Shown here piece by piece: positions 49,354 to 56,432 of a DNA stretch of 60,676 nucleotides. The DNA is taken from positions 1 to 60,676 of the forward strand of contig MFHU01000012.1 of the NCBI GenBank assembly GCA_001778695.1, in the 5' to 3' direction. Below the pieces are notes generated by a model. That model saw nothing but the letters and a program-made list of their open reading frames with translations, made no database searches and was not told the origin of the DNA. The DNA comes from Candidatus Giovannonibacteria bacterium RIFCSPHIGHO2_12_FULL_44_22 (lineage in GTDB: Bacteria > Patescibacteriota > Minisyncoccia > UBA11713 > 2-01-FULL-45-33). The translations under genes were made by a program, and so were the position numbers. Each line of letters begins with the position of its first letter. Positions within the stretch are counted from its first letter, which is position 1.

Positions 49354-50069
49354 ACCGATTTTTTTTAAATCAAATATTAGATAATGAAATAATCATGATA
49401 AAAGATCGCGCTATGGTTCATCAGATGCGCGATGTTTTAAAATTGAGAAAGGGCGAGAAGGCGGTGTTTTTTAACGCCAACCCGGAATGCCTCGGATTTG
49501 ATTTTATCGCGGAGCTTAAAAATATTGAAGGCGTTGGCCACGGAGGCCAAGCAGTTTTTATGTTCAGGGAAAAATTGGAAAATATACGCGAGCCATCCAA
49601 AAAACTGATTCTTTACCAGTCGCTTATTAAAAAAGATAAATTTGAATGGGTTTTAGGAAAAGCTACGGAAGCCGGAGTTTCAGAAATTGTCCCGGTAATT
49701 TCCGCGAGATCCGAAAAAAAGAGCTTGAATATTCCCCGATGCCAAATGATTTTAAAAGAATCCGCGGAGCAATCGGTGCGGGCAATAATTCCAAAACTTC
49801 ACAGTGAGATAAATTTTGAAAAAGCGGCTCTCATGGCGCAGAATTCCGGGCATAAAACTTATTTTGCCGACCTTTCAGAAAAAGACAATAAAATCCATGG
49901 CGCGGGAGACCGTACGATAAATTTATTTATCGGCCCGGAAGGCGGTTGGGAGGAGCGAGAACTATACGCCGCCAACCGCGCAGGCTTTGTCATAGTATCT
50001 TTGGGCCGCCTTGTCCTCCGTTCCGAAACCGCAGCCGTGGTTGCTTCCTACACCCTGCTTTGGGGCTAG
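49350..50069 (+). CDS. rsmE: 16S rRNA (uracil-N3)-methyltransferase RsmE
   Basis: The SPOUT C-terminus reads LFIGPEGGWEERE...LGRLVLRSETAAV. Confidence 0.8.
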   Translation: MNRFFLNQILDNEIIMIKDRAMVHQMRDVLKLRKGEKAVFFNANPECLGFDFIAELKNIEGVGHGGQAVFMFREKLENIREPSKKLILYQSLIKKDKFEWVLGKATEAGVSEIVPVISARSEKKSLNIPRCQMILKESAEQSVRAIIPKLHSEINFEKAALMAQNSGHKTYFADLSEKDNKIHGAGDRTINLFIGPEGGWEERELYAANRAGFVIVSLGRLVLRSETAAVVASYTLLWG

Positions 50070-50105
50070 TAAAGTTGTAATAATAATATTTATAATAAAT
50101 AATAC

Positions 50106-50146
50106 ATACTATGTATATTAACCTATCGTCCAATTTACGTAGTATA
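50106..50146 (+). promoter_or_regulatory. 41-bp repeat, copy 1; promoter-like element directly upstream of 50154
   Basis: It reads ATACTATGTATATTAACCTATCGTCCAATTTACGTAGTATA. It contains a TTAACC -35-like box, a 16-nt spacer and a TAGTAT -10-like box ending 7 nt before the ATG. Confidence 0.5.
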
Positions 50147-50153
50147 TAATTAT

Positions 50154-50813
50154 ATGCCCAAACATAAGCCAATTAGATTTAAAGACCCAACTTTTTCGGA
50201 GGAAGCTAAGAAGTATGTGGAAGAGTTTACGAAGGAGCATCCAGTTTCTACCTCGATTTTAAAAGCTGTTCTCGCTACGGCCATTATTGGAGGAGTTTTG
50301 ACTACTGCGTTTGTGATGCCGGGGCTAGCCGCTATAGCAGGGAAGAGAGCGATTACTAAGCGCAAAGAAAAACGCAAAAGATACCAGCAAATGTGGGCCA
50401 GGTTTTATGATTTAAGAAAACGCAAAGACATTGAGTATGTTGGAGAAAGCCCGGACGGCGAATGGATTTACAAATTTAGCGATAAGGGACGAACCGTCGC
50501 TAAAAAATTTCTTCTGGAAACTTTATCGATTGAATATCCGAAAAAATGGGACGGCAAGTGGCGAATTATTACATTTGATATCCCGGAAAAATATAAAAAG
50601 GTCCGCAAAACGTTTCAGCGAAAATTAAAAAACCTCGGCTGTTACCCAGCCCAAAAAAGTGTTTGGATTCATCCGTTCCAATGCGAAACTGAACTGGATT
50701 TTCTAAAAGATGTTCTAGAAATTCAGCCTTTTGTGGAAATATATTTAACCAAAGAAATGCCTAATGGGAAAGTTATTTATAATTTCCGAAAATTACTCAA
50801 AGATTATATTTAG
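50154..50813 (+). CDS. PaaX-family-like protein (Cas2-like ferredoxin-fold domain) with an N-terminal TM helix
   Basis: WDGKWRIITFDIPEKYKKVRKTFQRKLKNLGCYPAQKSVWIHP matches the PaaX central-domain pattern. A hydrophobic helix spans aa ~35-60. Confidence 0.55.
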   Translation: MPKHKPIRFKDPTFSEEAKKYVEEFTKEHPVSTSILKAVLATAIIGGVLTTAFVMPGLAAIAGKRAITKRKEKRKRYQQMWARFYDLRKRKDIEYVGESPDGEWIYKFSDKGRTVAKKFLLETLSIEYPKKWDGKWRIITFDIPEKYKKVRKTFQRKLKNLGCYPAQKSVWIHPFQCETELDFLKDVLEIQPFVEIYLTKEMPNGKVIYNFRKLLKDYI

Positions 50814-50830
50814 AGATAGACGTAAAATAT

Positions 50831-50871
50831 ATACTATGTATATTGACCTATCGTCCAAAATACGTAGTATA
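50831..50871 (+). promoter_or_regulatory. 41-bp repeat, copy 2 (38 of 41 identical to copy 1)
   Basis: It reads ATACTATGTATATTGACCTATCGTCCAAAATACGTAGTATA. The -35-like box is improved to TTGACC. A terminator hairpin lies only ~45-75 nt downstream. Confidence 0.5.
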
Positions 50872-50911
50872 GAGTTTTATAGAATTATTAAATATATTTT
50901 GAATGAAAAAT

Positions 50912-50950
50912 AAAAAAGCGGGTATTGGGTTTATCTCTCACCGCTTTTCT
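50912..50950. terminator. Bidirectional intrinsic terminator
   Basis: The hairpin AAGCGG...CCGCTT is flanked by A6 and a T-run. Confidence 0.6.
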
Positions 50951-50969
50951 TGTAAAGCACAAAGATCGA

Positions 50970-51266
50970 CTAGAATTCTTCTGTAAATATTATTCCACAT
51001 CTTTTACAACGACGCGTATGTGATTTCGCCGATATTGTTTTTCCGTCAATATGGTCATCCAACTTACAAAACTCACGCCTAGTGATTTTAACTTTCACAA
51101 GGTTATCCTTACCATGGCAACTATTGCAGCTATGCCCCTTAATTACTGGGCTTGCATTTACTTGCCTACAGCTAAAACTTATGCAGCGATACGCTATCAA
51201 TTTGCTCCTAAGGTTTGTTTTTTTGTTTTTCAACATAATATGACCCTCCTTGTTTAAATCTATCAT
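50970..51266 (-). CDS. Small Cys-rich (zinc-ribbon-like) protein
   Basis: The 98-aa protein has the cysteine pairs CNSC and CKRC plus others. No further assignment was possible. Confidence 0.35.
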   Translation of the reverse strand: MIDLNKEGHIMLKNKKTNLRSKLIAYRCISFSCRQVNASPVIKGHSCNSCHGKDNLVKVKITRREFCKLDDHIDGKTISAKSHTRRCKRCGIIFTEEF

Positions 51267-51299
51267 ATAATGATTTATTTGTCAATATTGCACTATTTT

Positions 51300-51412
51300 T
51301 TATAGCTTGCTAGTTTAATATCAAAGCCGGAGAAGTGGGGCGGGAATACCGTAAGACCTCACTAGGCAGTAAAGCGGCTTTTGGCCGTTTTTTTACTTCC
51401 AAATTTTATTTT
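51300..51412 (+). promoter_or_regulatory. 5' UTR of rplJ, possible L10-leader-type autoregulatory RNA
   Basis: This GC-richer stretch (GGGCGGGAATACCGTAAGACC...GCAGTAAAGCGGC) lies in front of rplJ. The in-frame upstream ORF extension from 51335 has no L10 similarity. The family assignment is not verified. Confidence 0.25.
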
Positions 51413-51910
51413 ATGGTTCTTACAAAAGCGAAAAAAAACACGATAGTTGATGAGCTAAAGAATGCTTGGGAGAAAGCCAGTATTTTAGTGTTCGTGAATT
51501 TTCACGGGCTTTCCGTGGCTAAAGCGAGCAAGCTCCGCCGGGAATTAAGAAAATCGGAGATCGGTTATAAAGTTGTTAAAAAAACTTTATTAAGGAGGGT
51601 TTTGGAATCTCTGGGATTTTCCGGAACGCAGAAGTTGGAAGGCGAGGTTGGGATTATTTCAGGATTTGGAGAGGTGACGGAGCCGCCACGATTGATACAG
51701 CAGTTTATAAAAAAGGAAAGAGAAGGTTTGAAAATTTTGGGAGGAATTTACGAATTAAAATTTGTTGACGCCGAGGTTATAAAGTGCTTAGCCGCGATTC
51801 CTTCCCAAGAAGTATTGTTAACCCAATTGGCGTTTATGCTTTCACAGCCTGTGGCAAGTTTTGCGCGGGCTTTACAAGAGGTCGAAAAAAAATTATCATC
51901 TAATCAATAA
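51413..51910 (+). CDS. rplJ: 50S ribosomal protein L10
   Basis: KAKKNTIVDELKN...ILVFVNFHGLSVAKASKLRRELRK...YKVVKKTL is present. Confidence 0.85.
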   Translation: MVLTKAKKNTIVDELKNAWEKASILVFVNFHGLSVAKASKLRRELRKSEIGYKVVKKTLLRRVLESLGFSGTQKLEGEVGIISGFGEVTEPPRLIQQFIKKEREGLKILGGIYELKFVDAEVIKCLAAIPSQEVLLTQLAFMLSQPVASFARALQEVEKKLSSNQ

Positions 51911-51913
51911 TTT

Positions 51914-52285
51914 ATGGCAAATTTAGAAAAAATTGTAGAAGAAGTTTCTAAACTTACAGCTTTGGAGCTCTCCGATTTGGTAAAACAAATTGAAGAAAAA
52001 TTCGGTGTTTCAGCCGCGATGCCTGTTATGGCCGCGGTTGGCGCCCCTGGAGGAGAAGAAGTAGCCGAAGAAAAATCCACTTTCAATGTGGAATTAAAAT
52101 CGGCGGGAGGCCAGAAAATAGCCGTGATCAAGGTTCTTCGTGAAGCGCTCGGAATGGGTTTGGCAGACGCGAAAGGCGTGGCTGACGCGGCGCCGAAAAT
52201 CATAAAAGAAGGAATGGACAAGGCCGCCGCCGATGAGCTTAAAGCCAAGCTTGAAGCCGCCGGTGCTACGGTGGAGTTGAAATAA
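51914..52285 (+). CDS. rplL: 50S ribosomal protein L7/L12
   Basis: The sequence reads ...LTALELSDLVKQIEEKFGVSAA...KIAVIKVLREALGMGLADAKGVAD..PK.IKEG..K..A.ELK.KLE.AGA.VELK. Confidence 0.95.
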   Translation: MANLEKIVEEVSKLTALELSDLVKQIEEKFGVSAAMPVMAAVGAPGGEEVAEEKSTFNVELKSAGGQKIAVIKVLREALGMGLADAKGVADAAPKIIKEGMDKAAADELKAKLEAAGATVELK

Positions 52286-52290
52286 TTTCA

Positions 52291-52345
52291 AAAACTAAGT
52301 AATTTTTACTAATAGGCCAACCGTAAAAATTACTTAGTTTTCTCA
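52291..52345 (+). terminator. Strong intrinsic terminator after rplL
   Basis: A ~19-bp perfect stem (AAAACTAAGTAATTTTTAC / GTAAAAATTACTTAGTTTT) runs into T residues. Confidence 0.7.
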
Positions 52346-52350
52346 AACCG

Positions 52351-52929
52351 ATGAACATCTTAGAAAAACTTTTTGGGAGCGCGGCAAGAGTAAAAATCTT
52401 AAAGCTTTTTTTGCTGTCCCCGGAAAAAGTTTTTACTCCCAAAGAAGCCAGCAAGATTCTTAAAATTTCTAAAAACGCGGCATCCAAAGAAATCAGGCTT
52501 CTTGTTTCTATCAATTTTTTAAAAAAACGCCCAAATGGGCTTGTTCTCTCGCCGACCTTTTCTTTTCTTCTGGCTTTAAGAACGCTTTTGATCAGCGCCT
52601 CGCCGGTATCCCGTGAAAAGATGCTGAAATTTTTCAAAAACAAGGGCAAAATCAAGCTTTTGGTTTTGGGCGGAGTTTTTACGGACGATTTTTTCGTGGA
52701 TATTTTGGATGGGTCCAAAAGATTAGACCTTCTTATCGCTGGTGAACTCAAAAAGGGCGCGGTGGAGAAATTTATAAGAAAAATGGAGGCCGAGGTTGGC
52801 AAGGAGCTAAATTGGACTTTGCTTGGTACGCGTGAATTTGAACAACGCTTCGCCATGCATGACAAACTCCTTCGCGACCTCTTTGACTACCCCCACGAAT
52901 TTTTGATAAATAAATTGGGAGTAGAATAA
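52351..52929 (+). CDS. Hypothetical protein with an N-terminal winged-helix (ArsR/MarR-like) segment
   Basis: The N-terminus ARVKILKLFLLSPEKVFTPKEASKILKISKNAASKEIRLL resembles a wHTH. The remainder is unassigned. Confidence 0.4.
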   Translation: MNILEKLFGSAARVKILKLFLLSPEKVFTPKEASKILKISKNAASKEIRLLVSINFLKKRPNGLVLSPTFSFLLALRTLLISASPVSREKMLKFFKNKGKIKLLVLGGVFTDDFFVDILDGSKRLDLLIAGELKKGAVEKFIRKMEAEVGKELNWTLLGTREFEQRFAMHDKLLRDLFDYPHEFLINKLGVE

Positions 52930-52934
52930 GGCGA

Positions 52935-53006
52935 GGGCGCATAGTTTAGCGGCAAAACGTTCCGTTCACATCGGAAAGACTCTAGGTTCGACTCCTAGTG
53001 CGCCCA
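52935..53006 (+). tRNA. tRNA-Val (anticodon CAC), no encoded CCA
   Basis: A manual cloverleaf fits: acceptor GGGCGCA/TGCGCCC, D-stem GTTT/AAAC, anticodon stem TTCCG/CGGAA with loop TTCACAT, and T-arm CTAGG-TTCGACT-CCTAG. Confidence 0.85.
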
Positions 53007-53207
53007 AAATTAAGTCACTTTTATCCACACCCTCACAATGCCGGTGGTCATTTCATGTTAAAATAAAGCTAAAGGGCTGGAATTAAGCAAAGGTCGAGTT
53101 TTTAGCTTAAGAAGGCTCAAGCAACAAGGGCAACTCGAGAGCCCTGGTTGTCCGCCAGCTGGCGGATTATTAGAAATTAGAAATTGATAATTAGTAATTA
53201 AACTATT

Positions 53208-53894
53208 ATGTTAGTACAAACTTGGGGTGATGTTTTAGTGTTATCTTTCCAGCAACTTTGGGGCGGCGTGGTTGTTTTCGTGCCAAAACTCATAATCGCC
53301 TTGGTTGTTTTTATTATCGGCTGGATTATTGCCGTGGCTTTGGGAAAAGTCGTGGAGCAGATTATCAAGGCGCTTAAAGTGGATACGGCTCTTAAAAGCT
53401 TGGGCATGGAGGAACCTATTTCCCGCGCCGGAATGAAATTGGACTCCGGAGCGTTTATAGGCGCGCTCGTGCGGTGGTTCTTTATCTTGGTGTTTGTGCT
53501 GGCGGCTTTTGATGTCTTAGGCCTTTCACAGGTTACTGAATTTTTGCGCTCCGTGGTTCTTGCTTATATACCGCAAGTAATTGTGGCTGCGTTAATTTTG
53601 GTCGCGGCGGCTCTTTTGGCTGAAACCGTGAACAATGTGGTTCAAGGCAGCGCCCGGGCGGCGCATCTTCCTTCCGCCGGATTGTTGGGCGGAGTAGCCA
53701 AATGGTCAATTTGGATTTTTGCCATTCTGGCGGCGCTTTTCCAATTGGGAATCGCGGGTCCATTTGTGCAAACAATCTTCACGGCTTTTGTGGCAATGGT
53801 TGCTTTAGCTGGTGGCTTGGCTTTCGGCTTGGGAGGTAAAGAAGCGGCGTCCCGTTATCTTGAAAAACTGCGCTCGGATATATCTAACCGTTAA
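53208..53894 (+). CDS. Membrane protein of the conserved-TM-helix-repeat type (as found in the N-termini of mechanosensitive channel-like proteins)
   Basis: Hydrophobic helix pairs with similar spacing repeat four times. No soluble domain is present. Confidence 0.45.
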   Translation: MLVQTWGDVLVLSFQQLWGGVVVFVPKLIIALVVFIIGWIIAVALGKVVEQIIKALKVDTALKSLGMEEPISRAGMKLDSGAFIGALVRWFFILVFVLAAFDVLGLSQVTEFLRSVVLAYIPQVIVAALILVAAALLAETVNNVVQGSARAAHLPSAGLLGGVAKWSIWIFAILAALFQLGIAGPFVQTIFTAFVAMVALAGGLAFGLGGKEAASRYLEKLRSDISNR

Positions 53895-53920
53895 TCCGTT
53901 AATTTAGAAATTTCAAAATT

Positions 53921-53948
53921 AAAAACCCGCTATTTACAGTGGGTTTTT
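53921..53948 (+). terminator. Intrinsic terminator
   Basis: The hairpin is AAAAACCC-gctatttacagt-GGGTTTTT. Confidence 0.55.
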
Positions 53949-54024
53949 AATTTGTTAGTATAAAAGCCAGAATTTCAGTTCTCATTTTGGAAAAAATCAA
54001 AAAAAGAAAGAGGAGGATGAAGGG

Positions 54025-54294
54025 GTGAAAATTATTGAAAAAGGAAGGCATGTGGCAAAGCCGTGGTGGAAAAAATGGCTAGGAATAAACGGAACCAAGG
54101 AGTCCGCGGAGCTTCTTTGCGAGATATGCAAAACAAAATTTAAACTTCAACAAAATCGCGATACAACATTAATTAGGGCAGATTGTTACGATGAAAATTA
54201 CAGAATCATTTTCTATTTTATCCGCTGCCCGCATTGCACGCACATCAACAAATATGCCCGAGAGGCAGTTGAATCGGAAAACGAAATCGCTTAA
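54025..54294 (+). CDS. Small zinc-ribbon-like protein (89 aa)
   Basis: The start is GTG with an AGGAGGA SD. Cysteine pairs are CEIC...CPHC. Confidence 0.35.
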   Translation: MKIIEKGRHVAKPWWKKWLGINGTKESAELLCEICKTKFKLQQNRDTTLIRADCYDENYRIIFYFIRCPHCTHINKYAREAVESENEIA

Positions 54295-54301
54295 TTCTCC
54301 C

Positions 54302-54326
54302 AGCGGCCCAAATGGCCGCTTTTTTG
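54302..54326 (+). terminator. Intrinsic terminator
   Basis: The hairpin is AGCGGCC-caaat-GGCCGCT followed by T6. Confidence 0.65.
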
Positions 54327-54381
54327 TTTGTTTTACTCCAATAACTCAACGGCCGTCAAGACATTAGAGTAATTGTTTAAA

Positions 54382-54411
54382 TTTGACACGCGGTTTTTGA
54401 TTTGCTATGAA
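54382..54411 (+). promoter_or_regulatory. Cassette A promoter (near-consensus sigma-70 type)
   Basis: It has TTGACA (54382..54387), a 17-nt spacer and TATGAAT (54405..54411). The same element recurs at 56009..56038. Confidence 0.65.
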
Positions 54412-54426
54412 TGTTAATAGAGAAAA

Positions 54427-54496
54427 ACATAGTAGCTTATTCGCTAAGAATCCTTGCGCCGCAGATGATCGGGACTAAGACACATGCCGAAGGTGA
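54427..54496 (+). other. Cassette A leader segment homologous to 23S rRNA (counterpart of 58531..58598 in this window)
   Basis: In my manual alignment, GCGCCGCAGATGATCGGGACTAAGACACATGCCGAAGGTGAG matches 23S GCGCCGAAAATTATCGGGGCTAAGCAGAGTACCGAAGGTGAG at 32 of 42 positions. Weaker similarity extends about 28 nt further upstream. Confidence 0.7.
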
Positions 54497-54497
54497 G

Positions 54498-54518
54498 GAA
54501 TTGGTGCTTGAATTTTGG
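54498..54518 (+). repeat. Cassette A closing stem, 5' arm
   Basis: AATTGGTGCTTGAATTTTGGA is complementary to 55579..55599 over 21 bp, with one U-G pair. Confidence 0.8.
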
Positions 54519-54551
54519 AAAAAATAAAAAATTAGTTCATTGGAGGTGAAT

Positions 54552-54785
54552 ATGGCTCACAGAGATGATCTGGATAGAATCGAACAAGCAGTGCACAATG
54601 AGATCTTTTTCGAAGTGGTCTACAAGGAAATCGAGAAAAGAGGCGTGAACAGAAAAGATATACCGCAACACATTCATGTAAAACTTTTCAGAGAAGTGAA
54701 AGAGGTAACGAGAAGTCTGTCGGAAGAATTGCAATCGGCAATCTTTGAGATGACCAGAACGGGTGTAATGAAAGATTTTCCCTGA
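54552..54785 (+). CDS. Small ORF A1 (77 aa), unknown function
   Basis: A GGAGGTG SD lies 5 nt upstream of the ATG. The protein is helical and charged. Confidence 0.5.
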   Translation: MAHRDDLDRIEQAVHNEIFFEVVYKEIEKRGVNRKDIPQHIHVKLFREVKEVTRSLSEELQSAIFEMTRTGVMKDFP

Positions 54786-54802
54786 ACGAAAGGAGAACGG
54801 TC

Positions 54803-55108
54803 ATGGCGAAGAATAAAAAGAAATCTCGGAAATCGTTGGAAGGACTTTTTGCGGTCGCGGTTGCGAGATCTGGTGCGAGATCAAAAACGAAGAGAGTCGT
54901 AGACACTCAAAGTTTGATTCTCGCCAATGAAGATTTTGCAAAAGCTCTTGAAAGAGGCGAGAAGTGGGCCGTGGATCACTTACACAAAAGCGAAGAGTTG
55001 AACAACGGCAATTCGTGTGCCTTCGAACGAAAGTTCGATGGAGAGAAGCGACGCTGGTGTTCAAAATGTCCATTCCCTGATGGTTGCGTCATGTGTAATC
55101 TTAATTAA
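54803..55108 (+). CDS. Small ORF A2 (101 aa), basic N-terminus and C-terminal CxxC-x5-CxxC zinc knuckle
   Basis: It is preceded by the conserved AACGAAAGGAGAACGGTC cassette. It starts MAKNKKKSRKS and ends ...WCSKCPFPDGCVMCNLN. Confidence 0.55.
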   Translation: MAKNKKKSRKSLEGLFAVAVARSGARSKTKRVVDTQSLILANEDFAKALERGEKWAVDHLHKSEELNNGNSCAFERKFDGEKRRWCSKCPFPDGCVMCNLN

Positions 55109-55124
55109 CGAAAGGAGAACGGCC

Positions 55125-55280
55125 GTGGACAAAGAAACGGAAAAAATTTTCTATGGAGCATTGCAGCAAGTGGTTTCGAGACGGTGGGATGAAATCATGA
55201 GAAAGCGAAGGGTTCTTGCAGAAGGAGTTTGTGCGGCAATCCAACGGATGCGGGAGGAAAAAGAAAAACAACCGAAATGA
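55125..55280 (+). CDS. Small ORF A3 (51 aa), GTG start
   Basis: The same AACGAAAGGAGAACGGCC cassette lies directly upstream of the GTG at 55125. The longer ORF call from 55017 overlaps A2 in another frame. Confidence 0.4.
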   Translation: MDKETEKIFYGALQQVVSRRWDEIMRKRRVLAEGVCAAIQRMREEKEKQPK

Positions 55281-55305
55281 AAACAGTAACGAAAGGAGAA
55301 CAGTC

Positions 55306-55539
55306 ATGGGTATGAACGAATGCTATTTCCGTTTGCAACTGACAAAAAGCCTTCGCTTGGCAATCATCGAGGAACTAAACGGGAGAGGGTTTCCGGCAAA
55401 AATAGTAAATGACGAATTGGTGGTCGGCGAAGCGGAGAAGCATATAAAGTTTTCTGAAGATACCATCCAGGATGCAGTGGGATTAATAATTCAATCTACT
55501 GAACGCTTCCGTAGCGAACATGAAGATATCCGTTCCTAA
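55306..55539 (+). CDS. Small ORF A4 (77 aa), unknown function
   Basis: The AACGAAAGGAGAACAGTC cassette lies directly upstream of the ATG at 55306. Confidence 0.5.
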   Translation: MGMNECYFRLQLTKSLRLAIIEELNGRGFPAKIVNDELVVGEAEKHIKFSEDTIQDAVGLIIQSTERFRSEHEDIRS

Positions 55540-55578
55540 CTAAGAAAGGAGTAATTTGGGGAGCCTAATAAGTTCCCC

Positions 55579-55599
55579 TCCAAAATTCAAGCACCAGTT
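55579..55599 (+). repeat. Cassette A closing stem, 3' arm
   Basis: TCCAAAATTCAAGCACCAGTT is the reverse complement of the 5' arm. It is followed by TGGTAG, resembling the 23S sequence 3' of the helix-45 insertion. Confidence 0.8.
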
Positions 55600-55614
55600 G
55601 GTAGATTTTGACTC

Positions 55615-55638
55615 AAGCCCAAATATGGGCTTTTTTTT
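55615..55638 (+). terminator. Cassette A terminator
   Basis: The hairpin is AAGCCC-aaatat-GGGCTT followed by a T-run. Confidence 0.7.
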
Positions 55639-55677
55639 CACACTTTACAATATTCACAAAGGATATATGATTAAATT

Positions 55678-55980
55678 ATGGCTTTAACTAAAGAAGATCT
55701 ATCTCAAATCAGAGGATTACTTGATAACAAAATAGATGATTTTGCTAGAGTTGTGGCAAAAAGTTTTGAACAGGTGGCTACAAAAACCGACATAACCAGT
55801 TTAAAAAGCGATATCGCTAAATTAGAATTAGAAATAATGGAAATTAAAGAAAGAGTAATTTATATTGAACGAGATATTGCCGAAATTAGGAAGGGGTTGA
55901 TTTCTCGTATGGAACTTGAAGACATTTTGGCGCGGCTATCTTTGGTTGAGAAAAAATTAGGCATTGTCAGCGGAAAATAA
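55678..55980 (+). CDS. Coiled-coil protein (100 aa), unknown function
   Basis: It has heptad-like Leu/Ile/Glu/Lys periodicity throughout and lies between the two cassettes. Confidence 0.4.
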   Translation: MALTKEDLSQIRGLLDNKIDDFARVVAKSFEQVATKTDITSLKSDIAKLELEIMEIKERVIYIERDIAEIRKGLISRMELEDILARLSLVEKKLGIVSGK

Positions 55981-56008
55981 TTTGGAATATTGTTGCCACG
56001 GCTCGCTA

Positions 56009-56038
56009 TTGACGGCGGGTTTTTGATTTGCTATGAAT
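56009..56038 (+). promoter_or_regulatory. Cassette B promoter
   Basis: It has TTGACG, a 17-nt spacer (identical to cassette A except for 2 nt) and TATGAAT. Confidence 0.65.
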
Positions 56039-56053
56039 TTTAATAGAAAAAAA

Positions 56054-56123
56054 CATAGTAGCTTATTCGCTAAGAGTTTTTGCGCCGCAGATGATCGGGG
56101 CTAAATAGAGTACCGCAGGTGAG
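56054..56123 (+). other. Cassette B leader segment homologous to 23S rRNA
   Basis: GCGCCGCAGATGATCGGGGCTAAATAGAGTACCGCAGGTGAG matches the 23S segment at 36 of 42 positions by manual alignment. Confidence 0.75.
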
Positions 56124-56124
56124 G

Positions 56125-56145
56125 AATTGGTGCTTGAATTTTGGA
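56125..56145 (+). repeat. Cassette B closing stem, 5' arm
   Basis: It is identical to the cassette A 5' arm and pairs with 56837..56857 over 21 bp, with one G-U at a different position than in A. Confidence 0.8.
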
Positions 56146-56173
56146 TTAAAATTTTAGTTCTTTGGAGGTGAAT

Positions 56174-56416
56174 ATGGATAGGCTTGAAATTCAGGGAAAA
56201 ATTTTCCGCCTCGTTAATGGTTTGGTCGAAGAGCAAGGAAAGAAATGGGGGGATTTGCGTCGTGGACCGGAATTACGACTGACTATATGGGAGCTGGCAG
56301 ATGATTTAATCGAAGCTTGCGAGGAAGAAAGTTTGCCGGACAAAAAGCCGGAGGAGCAACTGGACCGTGGCCCCGAATTCTTAGCGAGAATCGAGGAGCG
56401 GGGCGGTAAATGGTAA
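56174..56416 (+). CDS. Small ORF B1 (80 aa), acidic, unknown function
   Basis: It has the same TTGGAGGTGAAT-ATG start context as A1, but the protein is unrelated to A1. Confidence 0.5.
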   Translation: MDRLEIQGKIFRLVNGLVEEQGKKWGDLRRGPELRLTIWELADDLIEACEEESLPDKKPEEQLDRGPEFLARIEERGGKW

Positions 56417-56432
56417 ACGAAAGGAGAACGTC

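Noticed and set aside
45958-50900. Transposase- or integrase-mediated mobile elements at the 57-bp and 41-bp duplications.
   Set aside because: No transposase, integrase or recombinase ORF and no terminal inverted repeats are visible nearby. The duplications are reported as observations without calling a specific mobile-element family.
55017-55305. Long versions of ORFs A3 (from 55017) and A4 (from 55216) as given in the ORF track.
   Set aside because: The upstream parts overlap the preceding ORFs in other frames. The conserved AACGAAAGGAGAAC cassette sits directly in front of the internal GTG at 55125 and ATG at 55306.
50106-56145. Repeated elements (41-mers, duplicated leaders, stem arms) as a CRISPR array.
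   Set aside because: Each repeat has only two copies, the spacing is 0.7-1.6 kb with coding sequence between, and no cas genes are present.
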